From Candidatus Bathyarchaeota archaeon (GTDB taxonomy: Archaea; Thermoproteota; Bathyarchaeia; Bathyarchaeales; Bathycorpusculaceae): a stretch of DNA of 64,000 bases. The translations under genes and the position numbers were made by a program. This document shows positions 1 through 9,345 of this stretch, piece by piece. The stretch spans positions 288,001 to 352,000 of the forward strand of contig CAWAKC010000003.1 of the NCBI GenBank assembly GCA_963782525.1, written 5' to 3'. The notes under the pieces were generated by a model. That model saw only the letters and a program-made list of their open reading frames with translations. It did no database searches and was not told the origin of the DNA. Each line of letters begins with the position of its first letter. Positions within the stretch are counted from its first letter, which is position 1.

Positions 1-181
1 GATCAGCACCAACCTGCAAAGCATACACTTGACAGCCAATTCTAGAAGCAGTCTCCCTCAAAGCCCTCTCGCAACAGCTTTTAATGCCAAGATCCACAAA
101 TATCCTATGCCTATACTTAGGCACAAGCACAATATGGAACGCACATTGCCCATAGCCATGGCTTAAAGACTCCAAACCCAT
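1..181 (-). CDS. tnpA: IS200/IS605-family transposase TnpA (Y1 HUH), 5' part; runs off the window
   Basis: Manual translation MGLESLSHGYGQCAFHIVLVPKYRHRIF...YALQVGAD matches the HIVxxPKYR motif leading to the DH-x-H motif; GGAGG RBS at 191-195. Confidence 0.88.
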   Translation of the reverse strand, partial: MGLESLSHGYGQCAFHIVLVPKYRHRIFVDLGIKSCCERALRETASRIGCQVYALQVGAD

Positions 182-299
182 TTTGTGACACCTCCTAGAC
201 GGTAGACGCAAACTGCCGTCTAGGAAACCCAAAATAGCAAGTTGGCAAAAAGAGCTTACGGACGATTCATCTGCAGCCTACGGCTGCAGTATTCTCGTC
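1..299 (-). mobile_element. Left end of an IS200/IS605-family element
   Basis: tnpA plus subterminal hairpin GACGAttcatCTGCAGCC-tac-GGCTGCAGtattcTCGTC (261-299) and a second hairpin at 193-225. Confidence 0.8.
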
Positions 300-332
300 G
301 AATTTTAATAAATAGATTATAGAGGTTGTTGA

Positions 333-896
333 ATGTCTTTAGAGTCAGGAAAAAATTTAGCAGGCATTGGATCAATTTTACTGGTAATTCCGGTTCCATT
401 TCTAAGCATTGTAGGCATACTACTAGTCCTCATTGGAATGAAAAACTTGTCGCAGGCGTACAATGACCAAAGCATCTGGAAGAACACTCTCTACGCAGTG
501 ATCTTTGGAATCATAGGAATAGTCGCTTCTGGATTAACTTTGGTATCGTTGTTTTTCGGCGGGATTTTTTCTGCAGCAACTTTCGGAGTAACTGATGCCA
601 CAGGCTTAGCAGGATTCTTTGCAGGACTGATCGTATTTCTTTTCATAGCATTCGTATTCTACATACTCGAAGCCATCTATATCAGAAGAGCATTTGATTC
701 CCTTGCAAACAAATCGGGTGTCGGGCTGTTTAGAACTGGAGGAATGCTGCTGCTCATCGGTGCGATTCTTACAATAGTTATAGTTGGTTTGTTCTTGATC
801 TTCATCGCTTGGATACTGATACTTGTAGCATTCTTCCAGATTCCCACTGCACAGCAAGCTCAGATGCCACCACCGCCACCACCAATGAACCAATAA
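333..896 (+). CDS. DUF996-family membrane protein
   Basis: LESGKNLAGIGSIL N-terminus, 4 TM segments, 'LFRTGG' motif; paralog of 12704-13345. Confidence 0.8.
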   Translation: MSLESGKNLAGIGSILLVIPVPFLSIVGILLVLIGMKNLSQAYNDQSIWKNTLYAVIFGIIGIVASGLTLVSLFFGGIFSAATFGVTDATGLAGFFAGLIVFLFIAFVFYILEAIYIRRAFDSLANKSGVGLFRTGGMLLLIGAILTIVIVGLFLIFIAWILILVAFFQIPTAQQAQMPPPPPPMNQ

Positions 897-902
897 CCTA
901 AA

Positions 903-919
903 CCCCTTTTTCTTTTTTT
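903..919 (+). terminator. Archaeal oligo-T terminator
   Basis: ccccttttttcttttttt tract immediately after the stop at 896. Confidence 0.5.
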
Positions 920-1023
920 AGAATCCAACCTTTTAAATTGAATAACCTTACTCGTTAAGTAACATAGTAGCAGGTAGTTTGGATGTAAAATTTAATGCAG
1001 TTAACCTTTTGATAACCTTTAGA

Positions 1024-1899
1024 TTACATTATAAATTCGCTACTGAGCTTTTGTATTTGGTCAAATAGGACACAGTGCCCTTCATCGGCAAAGATTTCCA
1101 CACGTGTTCCGTTTATGGCGTGCGCGATTTTTTGTGCATTGCTAACTGGACAAGTTTTATCTTGCGCCCCCTGCCACAGGGTCAGCTTCCCCATAGGAAT
1201 CCGCCCTATATTCTCGCTCCAAGGATTCAAAAATAACTGGTGCTCTTGAAAAATTGTTTTCACACTACTCTCTTGCCTAAACCCCTCAGCCATCGCAGCA
1301 TACATCCCTTTTAACCAAGCAACATCCCCAAAGAATTTTCTATCGGGTTTAGGCCAATCCTCAACCATATTTTTGCCACTATTAGACTTCAAGTAGCGAT
1401 CAACGTCCTGATTCGCTTGAATGATTGAATTTCGAAAGAACTTAAGTCCCCATATCGCAAGGAAACGGTTTTTCATGGCGACTTTTGCGAGGAGATTGCC
1501 GTTGTGCGCTTGTGCGGCGTCAAAGGGCAAAGCAGGTGAACCCACAACGACGGCATGAGTTACCTGCTCAGGGAATAACGCAAGGTAAGTTAATGCGAAG
1601 GGTCCGCCTCCTGACCAGCTTAAAATCGCAAAACTACCCAGGTTTAAGTGTTCAATCAGCGCATTGACATCTTTGGCAAAGTCGGGTAGCCCGAGTTTTG
1701 CCTTAAAAGTTGATAAGCCATATCCAGGTCGATCTACACCAATTAGCTGGAACTTGTTTGCACGGACGAATTCTTTCAAGAGAAGAATTTCCAGTCTGCT
1801 ACTTGCGGTGCCGTGAAAGTAGATGACGGGTTTTCCCTCGCCTTCTACTGCGTATCCTAACTGGCGATTATCTGGCAATTTGAGTGTTTGGCTGCTCAT
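1024..1899 (-). CDS. Alpha/beta hydrolase
   Basis: FHG oxyanion loop, DRPGYGLS, nucleophile SWSGG, QGxxD, C-terminal EGH. Confidence 0.9.
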   Translation of the reverse strand: MSSQTLKLPDNRQLGYAVEGEGKPVIYFHGTASSRLEILLLKEFVRANKFQLIGVDRPGYGLSTFKAKLGLPDFAKDVNALIEHLNLGSFAILSWSGGGPFALTYLALFPEQVTHAVVVGSPALPFDAAQAHNGNLLAKVAMKNRFLAIWGLKFFRNSIIQANQDVDRYLKSNSGKNMVEDWPKPDRKFFGDVAWLKGMYAAMAEGFRQESSVKTIFQEHQLFLNPWSENIGRIPMGKLTLWQGAQDKTCPVSNAQKIAHAINGTRVEIFADEGHCVLFDQIQKLSSEFIM

Positions 1900-2058
1900 T
1901 CATTCTTGACCTTACGCTTCAGTACAATTATTACGCCAGTATTCAAAATAATCGTTTTCACCCCATCTAATTCCCTATAAAAATTAGCTTAAGGAAATGA
2001 CACACCCCAAAGTATTCTCACGCCATAGTTTTTAGAGAACAAAAAAGAAAAGAATAGT

Positions 2059-2313
2059 TTAGTGTTTTCTCGATTCGATGATTCCGCGACATTTATCAGC
2101 GTATTGACAATATTCTAGGCATGCGGCAGTTTTATCGGGGCGTTTCCATTCGGCGCCGCAGCTTGGGCAGGTGGTTTTGTCTTCGTCTGTCCAGATTTCA
2201 AGGTCGCCTCCACAAACGTGACATTTAATGTAGGCTGGTTTGGGTTGGAGTAAGTCTCGGAGTCCGGGGCAGGTTTCAGGGTTTTTCTGTATGGGTTTGT
2301 CTTTAGAGCTCAA
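2059..2313 (-). CDS. Small Cys-rich zinc-ribbon/Fe-S protein
   Basis: CPG, CxxCG, CPxCG and CxxYCxYAxxC motifs; overlaps the upstream ferredoxin gene. Confidence 0.75.
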   Translation of the reverse strand: MSSKDKPIQKNPETCPGLRDLLQPKPAYIKCHVCGGDLEIWTDEDKTTCPSCGAEWKRPDKTAACLEYCQYADKCRGIIESRKH

Positions 2314-2935
2314 CTATTTCACCTCCAATCTTAACCTCAAACTCTTTAGTGGGAATTTGTTTACCTGAGCCTTCGAGCGCCTTGTTTACTGCCCATTTCA
2401 AGCCTGTGCAGCAGGGAACTTCCATATGTACAACGGTCACGGAAGCGATGTTGTTTTGTTGGAAAATCTCGGTTAGTTTTTGGGCGTATGCACGGGCATC
2501 GTTGAATTTAGGGCAGCCAATGATGACTCGTTTTCCAACCGTTAAGTCGTGGAAGTTTTTTAAAGCAACTGGAGCACAGTCAGCAGCGAAGAGAAGGTCA
2601 GCATTTTCAAAGAAGGGTGCCTTTGGTGGGACTAGATCAAGTTTTATGGGCCACTGGGGCTTCTGGGGTGATGTGGTGGTTGGGATTATGGGTGCCTTGC
2701 TTTTTTGGTGTTCATGGACTTCGGTTTCGCTAAAAGCTGGGGCTTCTCGTTCTGTTATCGTAATTGCACCTTGCGGGCACTGACCTAGACATGCGCCGAG
2801 TCCGTCGCAGTAGGTTTCCTTGATTATTTTTGCTTTGCCGTTAACGATTTGGAGTGCGCCTTCTGCACATTTCGGGATGCATGCTCCGCATCCGTTGCAG
2901 AGGTTTTCGTTTATGTTTACTATTTTTCTTTTCAT
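2303..2935 (-). CDS. 4Fe-4S dicluster ferredoxin-domain protein
   Basis: CNGCGACIPKC and CDGLGACLGQCP; C-terminal ADC, GCPK, MEVPCC motifs. Confidence 0.9.
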   Translation of the reverse strand: MKRKIVNINENLCNGCGACIPKCAEGALQIVNGKAKIIKETYCDGLGACLGQCPQGAITITEREAPAFSETEVHEHQKSKAPIIPTTTSPQKPQWPIKLDLVPPKAPFFENADLLFAADCAPVALKNFHDLTVGKRVIIGCPKFNDARAYAQKLTEIFQQNNIASVTVVHMEVPCCTGLKWAVNKALEGSGKQIPTKEFEVKIGGEIVEL

Positions 2936-2936
2936 G

Positions 2937-3257
2937 TTAGTTTTCCTCTTTTAGGCATTTTCCGCCTGTGGGGCAGAATTTTTGGGCGTGAGTTTGGATG
3001 GCTTCAAAGATGGGCTGGAGGATTTTTTGGTTGGCTGTGTAGATGTGTTTTTTGCCTTGTTTTTGGATGGTGATGAGGTTGCATTCGAGGAGGGGTTTGA
3101 GGTTGTGGGATATCATGCTTTGTTCTTGTCCCAGAGCTGTGGCGAGTTCGTTAACGCTTTGGGGTTTTTCCATCAGTTGTTCGATGGCGGCGAGTCTGGT
3201 GGGGTTTGCTAGGTTAGTGAAGAAGCGGTAGCAGATTTTTGTTAGTCCTTTTTTCAT
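2937..3257 (-). CDS. ArsR/SmtB-family transcriptional regulator
   Basis: LANPTRL...SVNELA...QSMISHNLKPL wHTH; start likely MKKGL at 3257 (ORF track starts 3281). Confidence 0.88.
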   Translation of the reverse strand: MKKGLTKICYRFFTNLANPTRLAAIEQLMEKPQSVNELATALGQEQSMISHNLKPLLECNLITIQKQGKKHIYTANQKILQPIFEAIQTHAQKFCPTGGKCLKEEN

Positions 3258-3273
3258 TTGTTTCCATCTTCGC

Positions 3274-3305
3274 ATGAACAATTACTCATATGAATATTTA
3301 TTCAT
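3274..3305. promoter_or_regulatory. Tandem ArsR-type inverted-repeat operator
   Basis: ATGAA-caatta-CTCAT directly followed by ATGAA-tattta-TTCAT, just upstream of the arsR-like gene. Confidence 0.65.
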
Positions 3306-3638
3306 ATAAAGTTAATGGCTCACCAACACCAAAATCCACTCCCACAAGTGCAAAAACTGTTAAAGGGTTACTCTCCTATGATCCACAACCAAGCACATTC
3401 AACATACCTCAACACTGCACCCACACAACCCAAAATAGCATCCACGATAACAGTGTGGACCAACCCATCTCCCCCACTCAAACCACAAAAGAGAAACAGC
3501 CCAAACCAAAAACCGAACAAACCCAAACCCCCAAGTGCAGTATACAATTATTAGCCCACCCCACCCACACAAAACAAAAAAGAGTCAAAACTTCTTAACA
3601 CATTAACTCAATTTTGAAATAACTGTTAAAAATAGTTC

Positions 3639-3803
3639 TTAGAGCTCGTACCTACCCAAATCATCTTGTGCCTGCGAACCACACCGCGGGGTAACAAAAT
3701 AAAAAATTTTTCCACACTTCGAGCAGCGACACTCCTGATTCCTCGTCCGCTCAACTGAAGATGAACCACATTTTGGACAATGAATTTCAACGTTAGATGC
3801 CAT
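3639..3803 (-). CDS. Small zinc-ribbon protein (54 aa, not in the ORF track)
   Basis: MASNVEIHCPKCGSSSVERTRNQECRCSKCGKIFYFVTPRCGSQAQDDLGRYEL; CPxCG + CxxCG. Confidence 0.75.
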   Translation of the reverse strand: MASNVEIHCPKCGSSSVERTRNQECRCSKCGKIFYFVTPRCGSQAQDDLGRYEL

Positions 3804-3904
3804 TCTTTTCCCATTTATGCTTGAACGGGTTTGCTATTAAATTTATCGTCAGAGCAATGTATTTGAGTGCCGATGTTTTCTATTGCTTGCTAAGGTTGAA
3901 AGAT

Positions 3905-4036
3905 TTGTCTAAAAAAGCGAAGAAAGCCGAAGGTTTAGAACAGCACAAGAAAATGGTACGGGAAAAAGAACAGAAACGCAAAGAAAGAAAACAAGTTGCC
4001 CTTCCAGCTAAACATCAGGGCAAAGGCAAAAAATAG
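3905..4036 (+). CDS. Small highly basic protein (~43 aa)
   Basis: K/R/E-rich frame; TTG start inferred. Confidence 0.5.
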   Translation: MSKKAKKAEGLEQHKKMVREKEQKRKERKQVALPAKHQGKGKK

Positions 4037-4085
4037 CCTTGCCATCACACACGGTTTATCTCAAATCCACTTTTTACTTCCCAAT

Positions 4086-5966
4086 TCAAGTAGACTTATT
4101 TTTATTCATTGATTTTTTTTGACTCTTGAAATGGAGTACCAAACCGGTTCCAGCTAAACCAGCAAATACAATTGCGGTCCAAAGCCACCATTGCATCCAA
4201 AGCGGCTGCCCTATCTGTTCAGCGGTGTTGCTGATTTGGAGTTGGTCGATTTCAGTCATTGAATCGTGCCCTATGTAGATGTCAGTTGGTTTAAGTATTG
4301 GTCCTGTGGGGTTGACTGTTCCAGCGGCAATTGTAACGGCTTGTTCTTTTCCATCAACGTAGATGTGCATTCCCGATGTTGTGCTTCTTACAAAAACTAC
4401 GTGAACCCACGTGTTAAGTGGAAGTGAATCTTTTGTATCTATCTCGTTAAGTCCACTCGAAGTTGCCACATATGCGCGGAGAGCGCCCACTGGTGGGGAG
4501 CTCGCATTGCTGGGAGCTTCACCGTTAACTGCCACTCCAAGAGTTCTTACTGGATAAATAGTCGTTGAAGTTCGAACAGCTTCAATGAGGATGTTGTTGT
4601 AGGATACGTTTTTGATTTCTGGCACGTTCACCCAGGCGTCAATGGTTACGTCGTTTGGAGTTTCAAGAGTTGGTGAAGTGTTGACCGCGGCGAAGGTGTT
4701 TCCGTCGAAGCGAAATGCATTGCCAAATTTGCCTGTGACCACTGCAGGAGTGTAGTTGTAAACTTTTGTCATCGAGCCCAAAACGGCTGGGTTGTTACCT
4801 GTTTGGTCCGGAGTTGCGAGACCTGCGTCAACGCTATCAAATGACCATGATGCTACAATGCTGTCGGGTTTGGGGCTTGAAGCGGTAACGGTTGGCAGGT
4901 CGCCGGGGCTTGAGATATTGAACGGCTGGGTTAATGGGTAATTATCCTGGTTGCTATTGTTAATTACGTAAGGTGAGGTTTGGTAGTCACTCCAAAAGTT
5001 TCCGCCGCCAACAGAGCTGTTATCCCAAACCTCGATTAAACCTGAAGAATTATCGAACGCGTTACAATAATTGTCGGCAAAGTTGTTGTGGAATATTCTG
5101 TTTCCCATTGGACCCGTCAACTGCAGCGTGACGTAGACGCCGTATTTGTTGCCTGCAAAGTTGTTTTCTGCGATTGCGTTTTGGGAGCCGTCAAGGAAGA
5201 TCCCTGATTCCTGGTTGGATTGGATGTTGTTGCCGAATATTACCGAGTACGAGGCGCCTAAACCTATTCCTCGGAAGTTATTTGTGATGGAATTGTTTGT
5301 GATTGTGTTTAAGTAGCCGTTAATTGCGATGCCTGACACGGCGTTGCCTGTGATGTTGTTACCTGAAATGGTGTTTTGGGAGCTGCCGTAGAGGCGAATT
5401 CCGTCTTTGATGTTTCCCGTTATCGTGTTTTGGGTGATTGTTGTTGACGTTGGGGTTGAGCCCCAGAGACCAATGTAAGTGTTCTCGATAGTGTTGTTGG
5501 ATATTGTGCAGTTGTCTCCTTCAGCCCAAATGCCGTAAGCGTACTGAGATGTATTTGAGTAGCTTTGGCTCGTAATCGTGAATCCCGAAACTTTCACGAC
5601 GTCGGCTTCCAACGTAAGAACCGCATTTGGGGTTGAGCCACCAGTTCCCACAATTACCGTATCCGCTTGGTTCTGTCCCTGCAGTGTTAACGGCTTGTCT
5701 ATCTGGACATTTTCGTTGTATACGCCGCTTTGCACAAGGATGGTGTCGCCTGATGACGCATGACTGATTGCATCGCTGATAGTTGGATAATCTTGCGGAA
5801 CCACAATTGTTTCTGATGCATGGCTGGACCGTACACCAAACATCAAGATTGCTGAAAACAAGATTACCGTTAAGGTTAGAGTTGTTAGGATTACTCTTTT
5901 TTTCGGAACAAACATCCGACTGAATTGAACTTTCATTTCAACTTCCCGTGAGGGTAATGATGCCAC
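4086..5966 (-). CDS. Surface protein: NosD-like right-handed beta-helix + LamG-like domain + C-terminal TM anchor
   Basis: Signal peptide, 'VPQDYPTISDAI', NNxIxxN repeats, 'WSFD...GKFGNAFRFDG...WVHV...IYVDG', C-terminal TM with basic tail. Confidence 0.85.
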   Translation of the reverse strand: MASLPSREVEMKVQFSRMFVPKKRVILTTLTLTVILFSAILMFGVRSSHASETIVVPQDYPTISDAISHASSGDTILVQSGVYNENVQIDKPLTLQGQNQADTVIVGTGGSTPNAVLTLEADVVKVSGFTITSQSYSNTSQYAYGIWAEGDNCTISNNTIENTYIGLWGSTPTSTTITQNTITGNIKDGIRLYGSSQNTISGNNITGNAVSGIAINGYLNTITNNSITNNFRGIGLGASYSVIFGNNIQSNQESGIFLDGSQNAIAENNFAGNKYGVYVTLQLTGPMGNRIFHNNFADNYCNAFDNSSGLIEVWDNSSVGGGNFWSDYQTSPYVINNSNQDNYPLTQPFNISSPGDLPTVTASSPKPDSIVASWSFDSVDAGLATPDQTGNNPAVLGSMTKVYNYTPAVVTGKFGNAFRFDGNTFAAVNTSPTLETPNDVTIDAWVNVPEIKNVSYNNILIEAVRTSTTIYPVRTLGVAVNGEAPSNASSPPVGALRAYVATSSGLNEIDTKDSLPLNTWVHVVFVRSTTSGMHIYVDGKEQAVTIAAGTVNPTGPILKPTDIYIGHDSMTEIDQLQISNTAEQIGQPLWMQWWLWTAIVFAGLAGTGLVLHFKSQKKSMNKNKST

Positions 5967-6092
5967 TTAGATATTACTCTCCCCAAAGAACACCCTGTTC
6001 TCCGAGCGGAACAGAGAATTGCAGACGGACTTAAATGGAAAACTCTTGATTACTTTAAAGAATAGAAAACTGGGGATTTTTTCCCCAACTAA

Positions 6093-6596
6093 TTATCGCC
6101 GTATTGCTGCCCGCATTAGCAAGGTGTAGTTTGTGTTGTCTGTTTGCAGTTTAGCGCCGATGCGAACGACGTAGAGGTTTCCGCCCATCCAGAAGTAGCG
6201 GCCAGCCAGTTTGAAGGTCATGGTTTGTCCGTCAGGACTTGTTCCCTGCGCCTGTAGAAGGATAGCGTGTCTTCCTGTTAATACTCCGCCGTTTCCGCTT
6301 GTAACAGTGTAAGTGACGCCGTTTACCTCAACTGATCCCCCGGTTACATCGAATAGTTTAGCTGAACCGTTGGTGCCTGTTGGAACCAAAGTGAGGGTGA
6401 GGTTTGCAGGGTATTTTTTGATGGTTGAGCTGTCTATAGATTGGTAGGCGTATCCTTGGGCTTTGAAGGTTTTTGCGTTGGCGATTGGGTTAGCTGAGGT
6501 TTGAGCACTTACATAAGGAACTGTGATGGCAAGAACAATGGCGATTGCGACTATTGATGTGATTAGGATTTTGCTTTTTCTGCTTAGTTTGTTCAT
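6093..6596 (-). CDS. Secreted/membrane-anchored hypothetical protein
   Basis: Signal peptide, beta-rich body, GAGGTGA RBS. Confidence 0.75.
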   Translation of the reverse strand: MNKLSRKSKILITSIVAIAIVLAITVPYVSAQTSANPIANAKTFKAQGYAYQSIDSSTIKKYPANLTLTLVPTGTNGSAKLFDVTGGSVEVNGVTYTVTSGNGGVLTGRHAILLQAQGTSPDGQTMTFKLAGRYFWMGGNLYVVRIGAKLQTDNTNYTLLMRAAIRR

Positions 6597-6669
6597 TTTT
6601 TCACCTCGGCTTATCTTTCATCTATGGTTTCTTTGGCGTGCTCTTTAAAAAGAAAGCCGCACTTTTGAT

Positions 6670-6686
6670 ATGCACCACAAATGAAC
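6670..6686. promoter_or_regulatory. Putative operator copy 1 (ATGCACCACAAATGAAC)
   Basis: 16/17 identical to 7094-7110; lies upstream of the gene starting at 6596. Confidence 0.55.
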
Positions 6687-6687
6687 A

Positions 6688-7050
6688 CTAAGCAGCCTTG
6701 GCAGGTTTGGTCTCGTCTAGTTTTTCCGTTAACATTTGTTCTTCCATATGCAAAAGTAAGCCTACTCGCCGTTCCCACCTGTTAAAGAAGCGGTATTGAG
6801 AGTACATGGCGTAGATGCTGTACGCTAAAAATGCGCCAGCGAAAATCAGCAGAACAAAATCCAACAAGCCTAAACCTAAATGCCTTATGCGAAGTATCAG
6901 CCAAACAACGAGTAGAAACAGGAATCCAGAAGAAACAAGGCTTATTAGAGTGCCGTTTCTAAATTTTGTCCATTCCTTGTCGAGTTCAAATAGAAAGTCA
7001 TGCAGAGATTTGACTGGGTACTGTTTGTCTTCATGGGATTCTTGAGTCAT
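6688..7050 (-). CDS. Two-TM membrane protein
   Basis: Two hydrophobic helices flanked by charged helices. Confidence 0.75.
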   Translation of the reverse strand: MTQESHEDKQYPVKSLHDFLFELDKEWTKFRNGTLISLVSSGFLFLLVVWLILRIRHLGLGLLDFVLLIFAGAFLAYSIYAMYSQYRFFNRWERRVGLLLHMEEQMLTEKLDETKPAKAA

Positions 7051-7093
7051 TGGTCTTCCTCATTTATTGAGATTGTTTTTGGTTTTATACTTG

Positions 7094-7110
7094 ATGCACC
7101 ACAAGTGAAC
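7094..7110. promoter_or_regulatory. Putative operator copy 2 (ATGCACCACAAGTGAAC)
   Basis: Near-palindromic TGCAC-N5-GTGAA upstream of the gene starting at 7050. Confidence 0.55.
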
Positions 7111-7119
7111 TTTACCCCC

Positions 7120-7377
7120 TTAGAGTATTGAGGGCAGGGACTTGCGAAGTTCAATATACAACGCCCTTCCCTGCTCAGTTAACATACAGTAGCCTTCAGG
7201 GGTTTCTTTGATGAGTTGCTTTTCCTTCAAAAACGCCAGATGCTTAAGAAAGTCATCGTAGGAGACGTTAGTGGATTTGCGCCAAATCACTGTTCTTAAC
7301 TGGTTCTTTGAGTTAAAGAACAGGTACTCCAAGATTTCAAACCTTATTTGAACGGCGCTTTTACGGATTTTCCCCAT
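7120..7377 (-). CDS. Archaeal winged-helix DNA-binding protein
   Basis: RKS..I..EIL...T.I....NVSY..F.KHL.FL....LI...Y.LTEQG pattern. Confidence 0.8.
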   Translation of the reverse strand: MGKIRKSAVQIRFEILEYLFFNSKNQLRTVIWRKSTNVSYDDFLKHLAFLKEKQLIKETPEGYCMLTEQGRALYIELRKSLPSIL

Positions 7378-7795
7378 TCCAACGATGCACCAGTATATGT
7401 GGTATTATGTGATAGTGAAGACCCTTATAATAAGGCACTTTTCGCCGAGTTCCTTGGTCAAAAAGTGATTTTTTTTAATCTTTGCAAAAAAGTGACAAGT
7501 GGGGTCTGTCAAATTTCGTTCTTCATCTTTCCCAATCAGACTGGGACGGCGACATCATTCCCCGTTGTTAGAACAGCATCCCAGTCTATTAAAGGGCTTT
7601 TGTGAAGGTGAAGAAAATAAGCATCCCAAATTTAATGCTTTGGATGATGAAAAAAGCTTATGAAAAATCAACCATAAAGCAAACAGCAAAGTTACTAAAA
7701 ACACTTAGAATGAAATTATAACATAACCGACCAGAATTACTCTATTATCTGCAAAAGAGTAATCAGAAAGCCGTTTTCTTATCACCCTAAGACCA

Positions 7796-8215
7796 CTATT
7801 TGATAATCTCTTTTTCAAAAAGATCGGCTGTCGATTCTTTCAAAATATAGGAACAAATGTTGTTTTTTTCACAAATTAATTCTGCTACACTTTTGTCAGT
7901 ATTGGATTTCTGTATACAGAGGCGATAATAGAGCGGATCTGGTCCATCGAAGATGTGTAGAAACATCTTGTACTCCCAGTTATCTCCAATAGGAAACCTG
8001 ACTTCTGGAAATTTATTATCAAGCGCTGCGTCCTTTAGATATAGAAGTGCCCTTTCTATCGTGGTGGACGATCCCTTCAGATCTCGGAGTATTACTTCCT
8101 TTGCTGGCGTCGTTACGTTTTCTCTCGTATCCCAGTAAATAACACAATCTGTAATTGAAAATTTGGCCATTTTTATCAAGTTTAGTCTGTAAGTTTTGCA
8201 TATAAATTTTGGCAC
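7796..8215 (-). CDS. Hypothetical protein
   Basis: 139-codon ORF; start may be M at 8170. Confidence 0.55.
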   Translation of the reverse strand: MPKFICKTYRLNLIKMAKFSITDCVIYWDTRENVTTPAKEVILRDLKGSSTTIERALLYLKDAALDNKFPEVRFPIGDNWEYKMFLHIFDGPDPLYYRLCIQKSNTDKSVAELICEKNNICSYILKESTADLFEKEIIK

Positions 8216-8323
8216 AATAAACGTCTAAGCTGCCGGAAAAAACTTTGGGTAGAGAGTCACCGCCTAAAGCGCCTCCTCGCACCCAAGCACTATGTTTTGC
8301 ATTATGTAATAAGGGGCTGAAAG

Positions 8324-8794
8324 CTACCAAGCTCCTTCTGTTCCCAAAATTTCAAAGTAGCCCGTTCCCGAGAAAGGGGGGTTATATTCGAATGTCCTTT
8401 GCAGCGAGTTGTGGGTGCCATTGTTCGTGAGGATATAGCTGTCGGGATTTTGCAGGTAATATTTCCAGACAAGCGAGATGTTTCCCCAAAGCAGGTCGGT
8501 TGGAATGGTAATGTTGTAGGAGATGGTTTTTTTGCTTCCCCCAAGGAAATAAAGCTCTATAGCATGCGGAATATCAGATGAATTGATTAGGGAGACTGTT
8601 GGCGCACGCTCTTCATTCCAGTTGGTTTCCACGGTCACAATGTAGGTTTTCTCTTTAACTGAAAGGGGATAAGTGAACAAGTTGGTTTCTCTTTCTTGAA
8701 CTACTTCTAAACCCGCCAATAATATTCCAGTTAACAGGGAAATAATAACAAGCGATATTGCAGCAGCTACTATGATTTTTCTCTTCACAGCCAT
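8324..8794 (-). CDS. Membrane-anchored hypothetical protein
   Basis: N-terminal TM; 'NITIPTDLLWG' and 'THNSL' resemble archaeal surface-protein domains. Confidence 0.65.
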   Translation of the reverse strand: MAVKRKIIVAAAISLVIISLLTGILLAGLEVVQERETNLFTYPLSVKEKTYIVTVETNWNEERAPTVSLINSSDIPHAIELYFLGGSKKTISYNITIPTDLLWGNISLVWKYYLQNPDSYILTNNGTHNSLQRTFEYNPPFSGTGYFEILGTEGAW

Positions 8795-8956
8795 CAGAAA
8801 ATTACTGGTTGAGCCGGCATATAATTCTTCTCAATTACTGAGCTATTTGGTTATAGATAAATTAGAACAAGGAAATGATATCGCTCCCGACTCTACCTTC
8901 TTCGACTTGGTGTAGAATTCACTAACCGCCTCTAAGGAATGGGTCCATAGAGGATT

Positions 8957-9345
8957 ATGATGCAACCCCAAGTCTCCAAATACGAAAAAGTGCTCAAACG
9001 CGAGAAAAAGGCCTCTGCATACATGATTCAAGTGTACTGTGAAAGCCATCATATAGGAAACGGTGAGCTTTGTCCCGAATGCGTCCAACTTAAGGAATTT
9101 TTGGTCTCATCTTTGAGAAATGTCAGGACCAAGAGAAGAAAAGCGGTTGTGGTCGATGTAACTTGCGTTGTTACCCGCCCGAAAGGAGAGAAGAAATAAC
9201 CAAGGTTATGGGTTACGCTGGTCCAAGGATGCGTACTATTCACCCCATTGTAGCAATACAGCTTCTTTGGGATACACGAAGAGAGCCGAGGCAAATAGAA
9301 GAGAAGCAACCACAAACATCTAAGCCTCAAACCTCTTCAAGATAA
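8957..9345 (+). pseudogene. YgbA/nitrous-oxide-stimulated-promoter family protein, frameshifted
   Basis: REKK...MIQVYCESHH...LCPEC in one frame; KC...CGRCNLRCY...VMGYAGPRM...HP in another; shift near 9098-9112. Confidence 0.75.

Noticed and set aside
3290-3598. ORFs 3290-3598 and 3315-3554
   Set aside because: Low-complexity A/C-rich sequence lacks stops by composition and overlaps the ArsR operator
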